Virus record (IMG/VR): IMGVR_UViG_3300020460_001009
Length of the DNA: 63,798 nucleotides
Origin: an uncultured virus (IMG/VR IMGVR_UViG_3300020460_001009)
Lineage: Duplodnaviria; Heunggongvirae; Uroviricota; Caudoviricetes
Reading direction: 5' to 3' (one strand)
Below are positions 1 to 9,127 of this stretch, in pieces. Position 1 is the first letter of the stretch, and each line of letters starts with the position of its first letter. The position numbers were made by a program, and so were the translations under genes. The notes beneath the pieces are model-generated. The model saw only the letters and a program-made list of their open reading frames with translations, ran no database searches and was not told where the DNA came from.

Positions 1-536
1 TGCGTGTGTTTTGTTTTATTAAGATGAGGTAATTTTATATGCGGAACTCCAAGTGTCTTGCACATATCGTCAAATCCTTGTTTTAAATTTTCAAATCTAA
101 TGATATTTTCCACAACAATTTCATTGTTCAAAGTTATCCAATCATAGCATGGAAGTTTCCACCTTTCTCGGTTATCAAATGTAGATTTAACATCTTCGGT
201 AAAAGATATGGACAGATCAATTAAGTTATGTTTTCTGCAATAAAAGTAATCAGATACAACACGTTCATACGGATTTCTGACAACAGTAAAAGTAAGATAA
301 TCGTCCCAATAATTTTTTATATTCTCCAATTTCTCGTAATTCTGATGTGTGATTCTCCGGCCGTTTAACCAACCATCCCAAACATCATATTGTGCATCTG
401 CTCGTAGTGATGCTTCGTTTGAGAACAACAAACTTGCAGACATATGAACCTGTAGCATATTCAGTGCCTTTACGATGCTACTTCCACCGGTTTTGTTAAT
501 ATGAACAAATATACATTTCAAATCATGTCGTATCAT
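1..536 (-). CDS. Sulfotransferase family 2 protein, 3'-truncated by the window edge (not in ORF track)
   Basis: Manual translation from ATG at 536, which overlaps the TGA of the upstream gene: MIRHDLKCIFVHINKTGGSSI...FTVVRNPYERVVSDY...IIRFENLKQGF...LPHLNKT; carries the HIxKTGGSS and RNPxxRxVS PAPS-binding motifs. Confidence 0.88.
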   Translation of the reverse strand, partial: MIRHDLKCIFVHINKTGGSSIVKALNMLQVHMSASLLFSNEASLRADAQYDVWDGWLNGRRITHQNYEKLENIKNYWDDYLTFTVVRNPYERVVSDYFYCRKHNLIDLSISFTEDVKSTFDNRERWKLPCYDWITLNNEIVVENIIRFENLKQGFDDMCKTLGVPHIKLPHLNKTKHT

Positions 537-1792
537 ATAATATTCTCCTTGACTCCATCTTTAAATAATAAACCACGGTCGGTTACAATCAACCTTTCAA
601 ATTCAGTATATGTTTTTTTCAACTCAGATATATGTACTGGTACATTGTGTGTCGTTTGCATCAGATTATATATCTCACCATACTTACCAGAATTTACCAT
701 TTCATAATACAATAGATCAGACATCTTTTTCAAAATCCACAATTCGTGGTTAAGCATATGAAATTTTGACCTATATTGATTATAGTCAAAATACTTCACC
801 TCCGCAATTGTATGATCAGTTATCCACGGACATTCACTTGGAACTCCATCCGCATTTCTTGGCCAACACTGAATCATCTTAGTGTCGGTGAGCTCGCACA
901 ATCTCCTGGCAATCCTAAAAGACTCCAATTGATCATCCAGATTTCCAAATGAACAGATCATCATCACCTGACTCGTTGCAGTCAAGTTTTGCATAAATCG
1001 GTCAACTCCAATACCCGCAAATCCACCCCTGTCGTCCAAATGTTCACATAATACCGAGGACTCCACACAAACCCTAAGTCCAAATTCTCGGATTTTTTGA
1101 CACAAATATCCATCCGGACCCAAAATAGTCGACTCTTTGATTATCGTCTCAAGTGGCAAACATTTGTAAACTATATCCCGCTTCCACATAGTTATTCCAG
1201 TTCCTACAAATCCAGAGTCAACCACACCACGACCCCAATAATCATCTATCATTGCAGGATGCCAATGATCTTCACGAATGGATGCCACCACGGTTCGTTT
1301 CAGTTCCTCTGTGGTTCTCCACGGATTTTCCGTATTCCACCCCATGTGGTTAAAATATAATCCTGCGGCCGCACCAACGTCCTGTTGCATGATTACCGAT
1401 AGTAATTTTTTAAACGCATCGGGTGGAGGAATAGTATCATCATCCAATGTATATACTATATCAGACTTACACAAAGAAAATCCCAGTGTAAATGACTCGC
1501 CGGTGCTCCTGTGCTTGCCGACGCATACGTCACTTTCTCTCCAATCCCGGCCGGGAGGTGGAACAAACTTTCCAGGACCATCTACATTTACAATATTCTT
1601 AAACTTCTCAACAAGTTTCCGTGATTCAATGCCAGACTTGAGTAATTCGGCATATTCAGGATCACCAGAATTATCTATAATTATCCATGTTGCATCACAA
1701 TGCAAGTGAAATGGAATGGTTGCAATATAATCCAACCATGCCGACAAACACTTCCGTTTTCCACATAAGATTGTTAATAAATCCATCTCCAT
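533..1792 (-). CDS. GT-A fold (GT2-like) glycosyltransferase with C-terminal extension
   Basis: IIIDNS, VYTLDDDTIPP (DxD), GFVGTG, GPDGYLC...CEH; start moved to ATG 1792, just downstream of the ATATTTATA motif. Confidence 0.75.
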   Translation of the reverse strand: MEMDLLTILCGKRKCLSAWLDYIATIPFHLHCDATWIIIDNSGDPEYAELLKSGIESRKLVEKFKNIVNVDGPGKFVPPPGRDWRESDVCVGKHRSTGESFTLGFSLCKSDIVYTLDDDTIPPPDAFKKLLSVIMQQDVGAAAGLYFNHMGWNTENPWRTTEELKRTVVASIREDHWHPAMIDDYWGRGVVDSGFVGTGITMWKRDIVYKCLPLETIIKESTILGPDGYLCQKIREFGLRVCVESSVLCEHLDDRGGFAGIGVDRFMQNLTATSQVMMICSFGNLDDQLESFRIARRLCELTDTKMIQCWPRNADGVPSECPWITDHTIAEVKYFDYNQYRSKFHMLNHELWILKKMSDLLYYEMVNSGKYGEIYNLMQTTHNVPVHISELKKTYTEFERLIVTDRGLLFKDGVKENII

Positions 1793-1795
1793 TTT

Positions 1796-1804
1796 TATAA
1801 ATAT
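1796..1804 (-). promoter_or_regulatory. ATATTTATA motif (putative late promoter)
   Basis: 3 nt upstream of ATG 1792. Confidence 0.6.
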
Positions 1805-1943
1805 CAAACACCACAAATATTATACCCACAAACATCAACCACAATGTAATTTGAAAAGTTTTTATTGTACAACAAAATTCACTCATTCAATTTCGCATCC
1901 AATAAAGTCACTTGATTACCAAAAAGACAAATTATTATGATAC

Positions 1944-2924
1944 TTACCAACCATAGAAATCATATGTCCACTTGATCGTTTCCTGCAACTTTCCTTCAAA
2001 ATCCTTCGTAGGATTCCATCCAAGTTCTTTGTGAATTTTGGAGAAGTCAACTGCGTATCTGAAATCATGTCCGGGTCTATCCGTTACGAACGTAAGTTGT
2101 TGTTCGTATTTGGTTTTTTTGGGTTTCAGTTCATCAAGAAGTTTGCATATCATCGTTGCAAGTTCAAGATTGTTGAGTTCCGTGTTGCCACCTATGTTAT
2201 AGATTTCCCCAACTTTTCCATTATGAAATACTTCGTCAATCGCAACGCAATGGTCTTCCACAAACAACCAATCTCTTACGTTGTCACCCTTTCCGTAAAT
2301 GGGAATATCGTCACCCGCAAGTGCAGTACGAACTATCGTTGGAATTAATTTCTCACGATGCTGATGTGGACCATAATTGTTTGAACAACTTGTCATAACC
2401 ACGTTCATATCATAAGTCTCGTAATATGCGTCCACGAAAAAGTTCCCACTTGCTTTGCTTGCACTATAAGGACTATTCGGAGCAAGAGGAGTGGTCTCGG
2501 CGAATTTTCCTTCCTTTCCAAGTGTTCCATAGATTTCATCGGTGGACACATAATGAAACCTTCCCTTGCCTTTTCTACGGAAAACCTCAAGCAATACGCA
2601 AGTTCCCACCACGTTCGTTGTAACGAAATCCAATGGTCGTTCAATGCTATTGTCCACGTGTGATTCGGCTGCAAGATGAATAACCGAATCAATCTTGTGT
2701 TCGTCAAAAAGTTTGTTCACCAACTTCTCGTCACGGATGTCTCCTTTCACAAATACGTAATTCGGATTGCCTTCCAACGTTTTTAAGTAACTTGCATCCG
2801 AAGCATAAGTCATCAAGTCCAAGTTGACGAGTTTGTAGTTCGGATACTTCTTCGCAAGATGCAGAACAAGGTTTGAACCTATGAATCCGCAGCCTCCTGT
2901 TATTAATATGTTTTTAGTTTTCAT
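1944..2924 (-). CDS. rmlB: dTDP-glucose 4,6-dehydratase
   Basis: ITGGCGFIG, HLAAESHVDNSI, YVSTDEIYG, PYSASKA, NNYGP, DRPGHDFRYA. Confidence 0.97.
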   Translation of the reverse strand: MKTKNILITGGCGFIGSNLVLHLAKKYPNYKLVNLDLMTYASDASYLKTLEGNPNYVFVKGDIRDEKLVNKLFDEHKIDSVIHLAAESHVDNSIERPLDFVTTNVVGTCVLLEVFRRKGKGRFHYVSTDEIYGTLGKEGKFAETTPLAPNSPYSASKASGNFFVDAYYETYDMNVVMTSCSNNYGPHQHREKLIPTIVRTALAGDDIPIYGKGDNVRDWLFVEDHCVAIDEVFHNGKVGEIYNIGGNTELNNLELATMICKLLDELKPKKTKYEQQLTFVTDRPGHDFRYAVDFSKIHKELGWNPTKDFEGKLQETIKWTYDFYGW

Positions 2925-3658
2925 TAAATTTGTGATCCAACCTTTTCAATAATTTTATCAATAATCAAATCTTTAATTTTATTTCTCAGTTCAACGTCTG
3001 TAATTTTAAAATTAAACGCCCATGCTGAGTCTTGTGTGAAAAATTTCAGGTAATTACATCTTTTAGACTGATGAACGTTATGGCCGTCAATCACCACCCA
3101 GTCATCATATGTTTCACAGAATATAATATTTTCATTATGGAGATCGAAAACATATCTACGGTTTAAAACCATCTTACAATAAAATGAAATCAGTTTTTCT
3201 CTAACATATAATGATTTTTCAATGTCTTCAAATAATAATCCAGTCCGCACATTACCATTTGAAGTCCAAGTGGGGTCTTTTAATTGTCTAATTGGATCGG
3301 TAACTAACCATTGCTGTAGTGTTAGTCCGTCTATATATGTTTGGAATGAAACCTTGCCTTCTATGTAGAACTCCACAGGATTATCCAGCAGGTCAGACCA
3401 ACTTCTTACATAGGTTTCATCTTTGTACATAGAATCGATTTTGAGTTCTTTGTTTGCATGATTAATAAATTTGGCAGCGAATAGTTTTAAACTTTTTTTT
3501 TCTTGAACTAAATATACAATGCGTTGATTCCCACGACCCAAGAAACCCGTGTCATCAGTTTTATCGTTTTTGACAAAATTATATTTATTTGAATTCAGTT
3601 GATCCACTATTTCTCTGGGAACTTCCGTGGCAATTTTTAGTTTCACTCCTTCACCCAT
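2924..3658 (-). CDS. Protein-kinase-like fold phosphotransferase (possible sugar/glycan kinase)
   Basis: LGRGNQRIVY glycine loop, FAAKF lysine, DLHNEN catalytic loop, VIDG (DFG-like); GTG at 3646 is an alternative start. Confidence 0.7.
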   Translation of the reverse strand: MGEGVKLKIATEVPREIVDQLNSNKYNFVKNDKTDDTGFLGRGNQRIVYLVQEKKSLKLFAAKFINHANKELKIDSMYKDETYVRSWSDLLDNPVEFYIEGKVSFQTYIDGLTLQQWLVTDPIRQLKDPTWTSNGNVRTGLLFEDIEKSLYVREKLISFYCKMVLNRRYVFDLHNENIIFCETYDDWVVIDGHNVHQSKRCNYLKFFTQDSAWAFNFKITDVELRNKIKDLIIDKIIEKVGSQI

Positions 3659-4527
3659 TTGTCAAACGAATCTTCAATGGCATCCATGCAATAACGCATT
3701 TTGATACCTGTGTTTAATAATTTGCTATTGTCCATTACGCAATTTGATCTTGGTGCAGTTGCTCCTTTGCTATAAAACTCTGAATCATCTTCCCAATATT
3801 CAAATTCTTTTTCCAACTTAAATTTCTTTTTCATACACTCAACGACTTGTTTTGTTGTGACATATCCTCCGTTGGTTACGTTGTAGATTCCGTAGTCGCA
3901 TTTGTTCAATGGTAAATCAAGACAAGCATTTACAAATTCTTCACGATGTGAAATTGAGTTCACAGCATTGTACACTTTGTCGTATCTTTGAATCTTGGAT
4001 AAATAATTACGATTTGAATCAAATTCATCAAATGGAATACGAAGACGACAAGTATACACTTTTTCAAACTTGCTTAAAATTTCTTCACCAAGTGCTTTGC
4101 TTCCACTATAAAAACTACAAGGAGGTTGATCGTATGAAAAGTTTGGAACATCTTCTTCGGTAAAACCGATTTTGTTTCCATCGGCATCTTCTCCTTTGTC
4201 ACCTGCATAAATGCAACCACTGCTTACATGAACCAATGGAACATCGTTAAGTTCACATACTTGACCAAGAATCTGAGGAAGAAGCACATTTCCGATGATT
4301 GTTCCACTTTTATTGATTTCACATTGATCAACATTTGGTTTTCCTGTGAAACCTCCTGCGTTTAGCACAAACTCAGGTTTTGCATTTGCAATTACATCAT
4401 TCAAAGTTTTGAAGTCATAATAATCTACTTCACTACGAGAAAGATTCTTAAACTCTACATTTCTTTGAGATAAAATCTCTTGAAATTTAAGTCCGACGTA
4501 TCCTGTACCACCAATTAATAATATCAT
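3643..4527 (-). CDS. rmlD: dTDP-4-dehydrorhamnose reductase family, NRS/ER-type (likely bifunctional 3,5-epimerase/4-reductase)
   Basis: GGTGYVG, GFTGKPNVDQCE, SSGCIY, FYSGSK, LRIP, APRSNC; these match plant NRS/ER-type motifs. Confidence 0.85.
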   Translation of the reverse strand: MILLIGGTGYVGLKFQEILSQRNVEFKNLSRSEVDYYDFKTLNDVIANAKPEFVLNAGGFTGKPNVDQCEINKSGTIIGNVLLPQILGQVCELNDVPLVHVSSGCIYAGDKGEDADGNKIGFTEEDVPNFSYDQPPCSFYSGSKALGEEILSKFEKVYTCRLRIPFDEFDSNRNYLSKIQRYDKVYNAVNSISHREEFVNACLDLPLNKCDYGIYNVTNGGYVTTKQVVECMKKKFKLEKEFEYWEDDSEFYSKGATAPRSNCVMDNSKLLNTGIKMRYCMDAIEDSFDKWVKE

Positions 4528-4533
4528 AGTAAT

Positions 4534-4587
4534 ATACTCCTTTTATACGAAGGTATCCAATCCTTCAGTTTCATCGTAGGTTTCCAA
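4534..4587 (-). repeat. Degenerate copy of the 3' end of the epimerase gene (partner at 6265-6318)
   Basis: 49/54 nt identical by manual alignment; translates WKPTMKLKDWIPSYKRS vs WKPTMKLEDWMPSYKKS. Confidence 0.9.
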
Positions 4588-4660
4588 ACAAGCATCATCA
4601 TAATTGTGTTTATATTGTCTTAATTTATTATTCATTTTTTTGCCATGCTCAGTTCACATC

Positions 4661-5440
4661 TCATTTATAGTTTTCTCGCATTGTACCCATATTATCTTTG
4701 AAACGAATAAATAAACATCTGTGTCTCCATCTGCGTCTCATAGTTTTTGCTCTTAATTTATTTTCTATAATTGGTTTAAAATTGTACTTAAGCAACAAAA
4801 AATTCCACAATGGTTGATCACGGTATGTTATATCTTCTGTTGTATAAATATCCCAAAATCTCTTGGTAATATTTCGCACATTTTCATTTTCAAACGAATA
4901 TCCAAAACAAGTATTTTCAAAATATTGTGGGTAATCAAGGTCAACCGAGGGATCGTATTTTTTAAAAAATAATTTTGTTTTATTCATGGATTTTTCATCA
5001 TCCCATCCCGATATTACAATTTGTTGCATTTCTGCATTTATGCCACCACGACGTACACTTAATCGGATGTGTTCAGTTTGTACAAATGGAAATTCTTTTT
5101 CATTTTTAATTTTGGTTGCAAGTTTTTCAAATTCTACATCTTCATGGTTATTTGGAGCATAGTGACCGTCACAATAAAAAACAACATCATAATGCCTTCC
5201 CATCGTTTCCAAAAGTTCCCAAGACATAAACTTCGGATATCTTGATTTTCTAACATTTGAAGTTAAACTGCTGATGTTTGGGTTGTCTTTTATGTTAATT
5301 ACATCCCACGAAGTATCAAAATGTTCTTCGTCTATGTCGGTGAACAAAAAGTAATCGTAATTTGGATTTCTTTCAAATTTTGCAGGTTTGTCCAAAGTTT
5401 TTGGATCACCGAATAATGCAGATGTAAAGCAGATTTTCAT
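4661..5440 (-). CDS. DUF616/TOD1-MUCI70-like glycosyltransferase
   Basis: FTSALFG...DYFLFTD, SRYPK, FYCDG, YRDQPLWNF. Confidence 0.65.
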   Translation of the reverse strand: MKICFTSALFGDPKTLDKPAKFERNPNYDYFLFTDIDEEHFDTSWDVINIKDNPNISSLTSNVRKSRYPKFMSWELLETMGRHYDVVFYCDGHYAPNNHEDVEFEKLATKIKNEKEFPFVQTEHIRLSVRRGGINAEMQQIVISGWDDEKSMNKTKLFFKKYDPSVDLDYPQYFENTCFGYSFENENVRNITKRFWDIYTTEDITYRDQPLWNFLLLKYNFKPIIENKLRAKTMRRRWRHRCLFIRFKDNMGTMRENYK

Positions 5441-5449
5441 ATTTATCCT

Positions 5450-6247
5450 CTACTTCCAATATTTTCCTGCAATTTTATCAAACTCACTTGGTTGAAAATG
5501 TTCATCACCTCCTCCGGGAACAAATGTAAGTTCACCAAAATAAACTTGATTGTTAACATTATATAAATCAACTCGTATAAACTCATATTTAGTTGCTGAA
5601 CTCAGTTTGTCTGCAATCTTTACCATTTCTAAAAATTTAGGTTTATCGAGTTCAATATTATTATTTTTAAAATGGTGACGGCCGAAGATTGCAGTTATCG
5701 GCAATAGGCTGCCATTTCTATCGTATATATTTCTTGTATGTTCTGCAAAACGACCATAATCAGTATGTCCAAACTTGACGAAACCGTGAAAGCAGAAAAA
5801 CTTATAATCCTCTGGTTTATTTGGGAGTAGTTCCTCTGCATATATCTCAGGTTTTATATACTTGTAGTGATGTTCACTCTTAGTTGTATGTGGACGGTTT
5901 GCATATTGTTTCCAGTTTTGCCAATTAAATTTTATTGGATCTAATTCATTTGCTCTGATTGATACATAATTTATTTTTCTATTTTTGATTATTATTAAAT
6001 CACCACAACCATTATTACTTTTAATTATACAATTTTCAGGTAAATCATCTAAGTCTAAGTGATCATTTTTAGTTAAAACTTTCACATTAGGAACAACATT
6101 TAAATTTTTTATTTTTAAATCATTTACAAAATTTTTAACTCTCAATTTATCTGCATAAAATGCGTCAGTCTCATTTAGAGATTTTGAGTAAATTTTCAGT
6201 TTCTCCTGAAAAGTCAAATTCTCCCAGCCATTACTTTTTTTCACCAT
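5450..6247 (-). CDS. TupA-like ATP-grasp amide ligase
   Basis: ADKLRVK, IIKSNNGCG, EELL...DYKFFCFHG, FIRVDLY, YFGELTFVPGGG; start refined to ATG 6247. Confidence 0.88.
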   Translation of the reverse strand: MVKKSNGWENLTFQEKLKIYSKSLNETDAFYADKLRVKNFVNDLKIKNLNVVPNVKVLTKNDHLDLDDLPENCIIKSNNGCGDLIIIKNRKINYVSIRANELDPIKFNWQNWKQYANRPHTTKSEHHYKYIKPEIYAEELLPNKPEDYKFFCFHGFVKFGHTDYGRFAEHTRNIYDRNGSLLPITAIFGRHHFKNNNIELDKPKFLEMVKIADKLSSATKYEFIRVDLYNVNNQVYFGELTFVPGGGDEHFQPSEFDKIAGKYWK

Positions 6248-6251
6248 TTGA

Positions 6252-7199
6252 CTACTCCAACCCAATACTCTTTTTATACGAAGGCATCCAATCCTCAAGT
6301 TTCATCGTTGGTTTCCAATTCAGCAATTCACGTGTTTTTGAATTGTCTGCTAATGTTTCTCTTGGTTCTATAACAGGATCATTATGTACGACAGGACCTC
6401 CTATCATTTTGGCAATATCATTCACCGAACGATTATCTCCGTTACCAACATTGAGAATTTCTCCGTTACCAACTTTGTCGGACATACTTGCTTTGATGTT
6501 TGCTGATACAACATCACCCACATATGTAAAATCTCTGCGTTGTTCTCCATCTCCGTTTATGGTCAAAGGTTTTCCTTGTAATCTTAAATTTGCAAATATA
6601 CCCATTACCAATGAATAATCACCTTTGGTTGGTTGTCGTTCTCCGTAAACACTGAAATAACGAAGGCACACAGTATCAATATTATGAATCGTTGAATACA
6701 ATTTGCAGTATTGCTCTCCGACAAGTTTTTGTAATCCATATGGACTCAATGGATTTTTTGGTGCGGTTAATGGAGTTGGTAAATTTTCTTCGGATACGTT
6801 TCCGTATACAGACGAGGAAGAACTGAATACAAATCTACGCACTCCGTGAATTCTTGCCAAATCTAGCATATTCAATGTTCCACCCACATTAACACTATTA
6901 AAAGAATGTGGTTCTTTAATGCTTGGTTGAATTCGTGTACGAGCAGCCAAATGAAAGATTGTGTCTACACCTTCAAATAACTTTCCTATTTTGTTTAAGT
7001 CAATACGATTCTTGGTAGGATCAAGTGATTCAATATTGATTTTATGAAATTGTGCTTTTTTGTTTATATTGCTTTTTTTGCCCAACGACAAATCATCAAA
7101 CACAAGAACTTCGTGTCCGTTCTCTATAAGTTTGTCCACCAAATTGCTTCCAATGAATCCTGCACCACCGGTTACTATATACTTTTTGTAATCTCCCAT
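6252..7199 (-). CDS. NAD-dependent nucleotide-sugar epimerase (UDP-Glc/GlcNAc 4-epimerase-like)
   Basis: VTGGAGFIG, SSSSSVYG, PYGLQK (YxxxK), LRYFSVYG, GDGEQRRDFTYV. Confidence 0.92.
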   Translation of the reverse strand: MGDYKKYIVTGGAGFIGSNLVDKLIENGHEVLVFDDLSLGKKSNINKKAQFHKINIESLDPTKNRIDLNKIGKLFEGVDTIFHLAARTRIQPSIKEPHSFNSVNVGGTLNMLDLARIHGVRRFVFSSSSSVYGNVSEENLPTPLTAPKNPLSPYGLQKLVGEQYCKLYSTIHNIDTVCLRYFSVYGERQPTKGDYSLVMGIFANLRLQGKPLTINGDGEQRRDFTYVGDVVSANIKASMSDKVGNGEILNVGNGDNRSVNDIAKMIGGPVVHNDPVIEPRETLADNSKTRELLNWKPTMKLEDWMPSYKKSIGLE

Positions 7200-7203
7200 G
7201 TAT

Positions 7204-7212
7204 AATAAATAT
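7204..7212 (-). promoter_or_regulatory. ATATTTATT motif (putative late promoter)
   Basis: 4 nt upstream of ATG 7199. Confidence 0.6.
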
Positions 7213-7215
7213 TAG

Positions 7216-7842
7216 TTATTCAATAGTTTTGCAATCCTTGAATACATCAAATTCAGTTAAGTCTCTGTAACCATTTTTTTCTTCTAAATCGGCATTGTGT
7301 TCGGGATAATTTTGAAATAATGCCAATCCAGTTGATGCTTGTTGTGGTGTCATGTACATATTCCAACCCAAAGTCTTTACATTATCTTCTTTGTAATAAA
7401 CTTCACTTCTTCCTTCGTATCTTGCTTTTTTAAACCATTCAACTGCTTCCACATCGTCCGTCAAAATCATTCCTCCTTTTCCAATTGGAAGTTGCTTTTT
7501 AATGTGAAAAGACAAACACATGAAACTATCTTTAATGTACATATTTGAAGTTAATCTTTTTGCAGAATCGTATATCGGGTATGGTCTTAGTTGATAAATT
7601 CCATTCCAATGATTTGTTGTCGGTGTTTTATCAAAAACAACTTTGGCACCAGAGTGCATCACACTCATAGGAACTGACAAATATGTTTTGCAAGGAATCG
7701 TAACTTCTTTTACATCCAAATACTTGCAACACAAAAATAATGCGTTGGTGCAACTATCAACTGATACTGCGTATTTGGAACCTGTGTATTCTGCGATTTC
7801 CTCTTCAAACATTCTTACTATTTTAAATGGATTGTGTTTCAT
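7216..7842 (-). CDS. Short DegT/DnrJ/EryC1/StrS PLP-dependent aminotransferase family protein
   Basis: FEEEIAEYTG..AVSVDSCTNAL, IYDSA, SFHIKKQLPIGKGGMILT; start refined to ATG 7842 (about 208 aa). Confidence 0.85.
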   Translation of the reverse strand: MKHNPFKIVRMFEEEIAEYTGSKYAVSVDSCTNALFLCCKYLDVKEVTIPCKTYLSVPMSVMHSGAKVVFDKTPTTNHWNGIYQLRPYPIYDSAKRLTSNMYIKDSFMCLSFHIKKQLPIGKGGMILTDDVEAVEWFKKARYEGRSEVYYKEDNVKTLGWNMYMTPQQASTGLALFQNYPEHNADLEEKNGYRDLTEFDVFKDCKTIE

Positions 7843-8239
7843 TTTTATTTTTCCTATATAAATAATATTCTTTTTTATACCCACACGATTCAAATAACTT
7901 CTGACTCGATTGATTTGTTAGCTTAATTTTAGCAAGTGCATTTGGCCATATTTTAAAGCAACTATTTACAAGAAACTTACCAATGCCTTTTTTTTGATGA
8001 TCGGGATGAACACATACTCTAATGTCATCTTTTATGACACCAAAGTATCCAACAGGTTCATTATCCAACAATGCAATTCTGAAACAATGCGAGTATTTGG
8101 TCATATAAGCAATTTGTTGCTCGGTTGTGATTTCCATTTTCTCTATGAAACCATCAAGAACTCGTTCGTCCATTCGCAATACACGAACAAAGTCCCAATA
8201 TTGTTCATCACAATCAACCAGTTTTAACTCACATCCCAT
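7823..8239 (-). CDS. GNAT N-acetyltransferase (PseH-like)
   Basis: VHPDHQKKGIGK acetyl-CoA motif, NQSSQKLFESCGY; adjacent to the aminotransferase. Confidence 0.85.
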   Translation of the reverse strand: MGCELKLVDCDEQYWDFVRVLRMDERVLDGFIEKMEITTEQQIAYMTKYSHCFRIALLDNEPVGYFGVIKDDIRVCVHPDHQKKGIGKFLVNSCFKIWPNALAKIKLTNQSSQKLFESCGYKKEYYLYRKNKNETQSI

Positions 8240-8243
8240 CACC

Positions 8244-8252
8244 AATAAATAT
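8244..8252 (-). promoter_or_regulatory. ATATTTATT motif (putative late promoter)
   Basis: 4 nt upstream of ATG 8239. Confidence 0.6.
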
Positions 8253-8272
8253 CAAATATTATAAAAACTAAA

Positions 8273-9127
8273 TTAATCAACGAAATATTCTTCACACAAT
8301 TTAACGAACTTCTTTACTGTATCTATATTGTTTTGTTCAATTTCCTTTTGATATTCCAAAAATTTATCTTTGGTTTCAATTGCATACTCAATATCATCCA
8401 AACCATATGCAATTCCATAGGTGTCCTTTACATTCGGTTTCCAATCTTCCTTTGAAACACCTTCGTCTGGTATCACAATACTCGTACAACCACATTTTGT
8501 TGCAAAGGTAGAGTAGTGAGTATATGGATCATAACAAATAAATTTATCACATTCATTAAATATTTTTGCGACTTCTTCGTGTGATTTACCATCCAAGCAA
8601 ATTGAATCATCTGGATGTAAATGCATATCTTTATGTCGTCCCTTACGTACCATATAACAAGTTTTTGTTCTTTCCCCAAAATTCGTTTGATAATAAACAT
8701 CATCCATATTGTAAATTATTTTAATGTTGTTTTCATCAGTTATCTCATATCCATGTCCACTACATTCTTTACCCCAACCGATCAGCAACTCACCACGACC
8801 AAATTTTATTTTTCCATTTGTATGAAATCCAGGTTTATGAAGTAAATATCTTACAATATTTTTTGCATTTTTGGGATTTTTTCTCACTACATCTGGGTAA
8901 ATTACGACTTCATTTGTGAGTTCACCCTGCTTCCAAATATGCTCTCCGAACCCATTTCTCTTTGCTTTTCTACACCATTTTTTCCAAAATCTTTTATTCT
9001 TTGCCTTGGGAATCAAATAGGCAGTTTCACCCAAATCTCTCAGCAACTTACATAAATAATATAGAACCAAACACCCACCGCAATCCCACGAAAACATTGG
9101 TGCAGTAATCAAATATGTTTTCTTCAT
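8273..9127 (-). CDS. WavQ-like polysaccharide biosynthesis protein (probable GT-B fold)
   Basis: GGCLVLYYLC, VVIYPD...NP..AKNIVRYLLHKPG, YMVRKG, FICYDPYT, CGCTSIVIP. Confidence 0.6.
   Translation of the reverse strand: MKKTYLITAPMFSWDCGGCLVLYYLCKLLRDLGETAYLIPKAKNKRFWKKWCRKAKRNGFGEHIWKQGELTNEVVIYPDVVRKNPKNAKNIVRYLLHKPGFHTNGKIKFGRGELLIGWGKECSGHGYEITDENNIKIIYNMDDVYYQTNFGERTKTCYMVRKGRHKDMHLHPDDSICLDGKSHEEVAKIFNECDKFICYDPYTHYSTFATKCGCTSIVIPDEGVSKEDWKPNVKDTYGIAYGLDDIEYAIETKDKFLEYQKEIEQNNIDTVKKFVKLCEEYFVD

Noticed and set aside
1695..1886. Hydrophobic 63-aa ORF as a small membrane protein
   Set aside because: It overlaps the GT gene and its promoter motif and has no clear SD; unsupported.
5441..5452. 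TAG in frame with the next ATG (possible readthrough or stop recoding)
   Set aside because: A GAGG SD precedes the ATG, genes are full length under code 11, and the TAG at 6252 is out of frame with the next gene.
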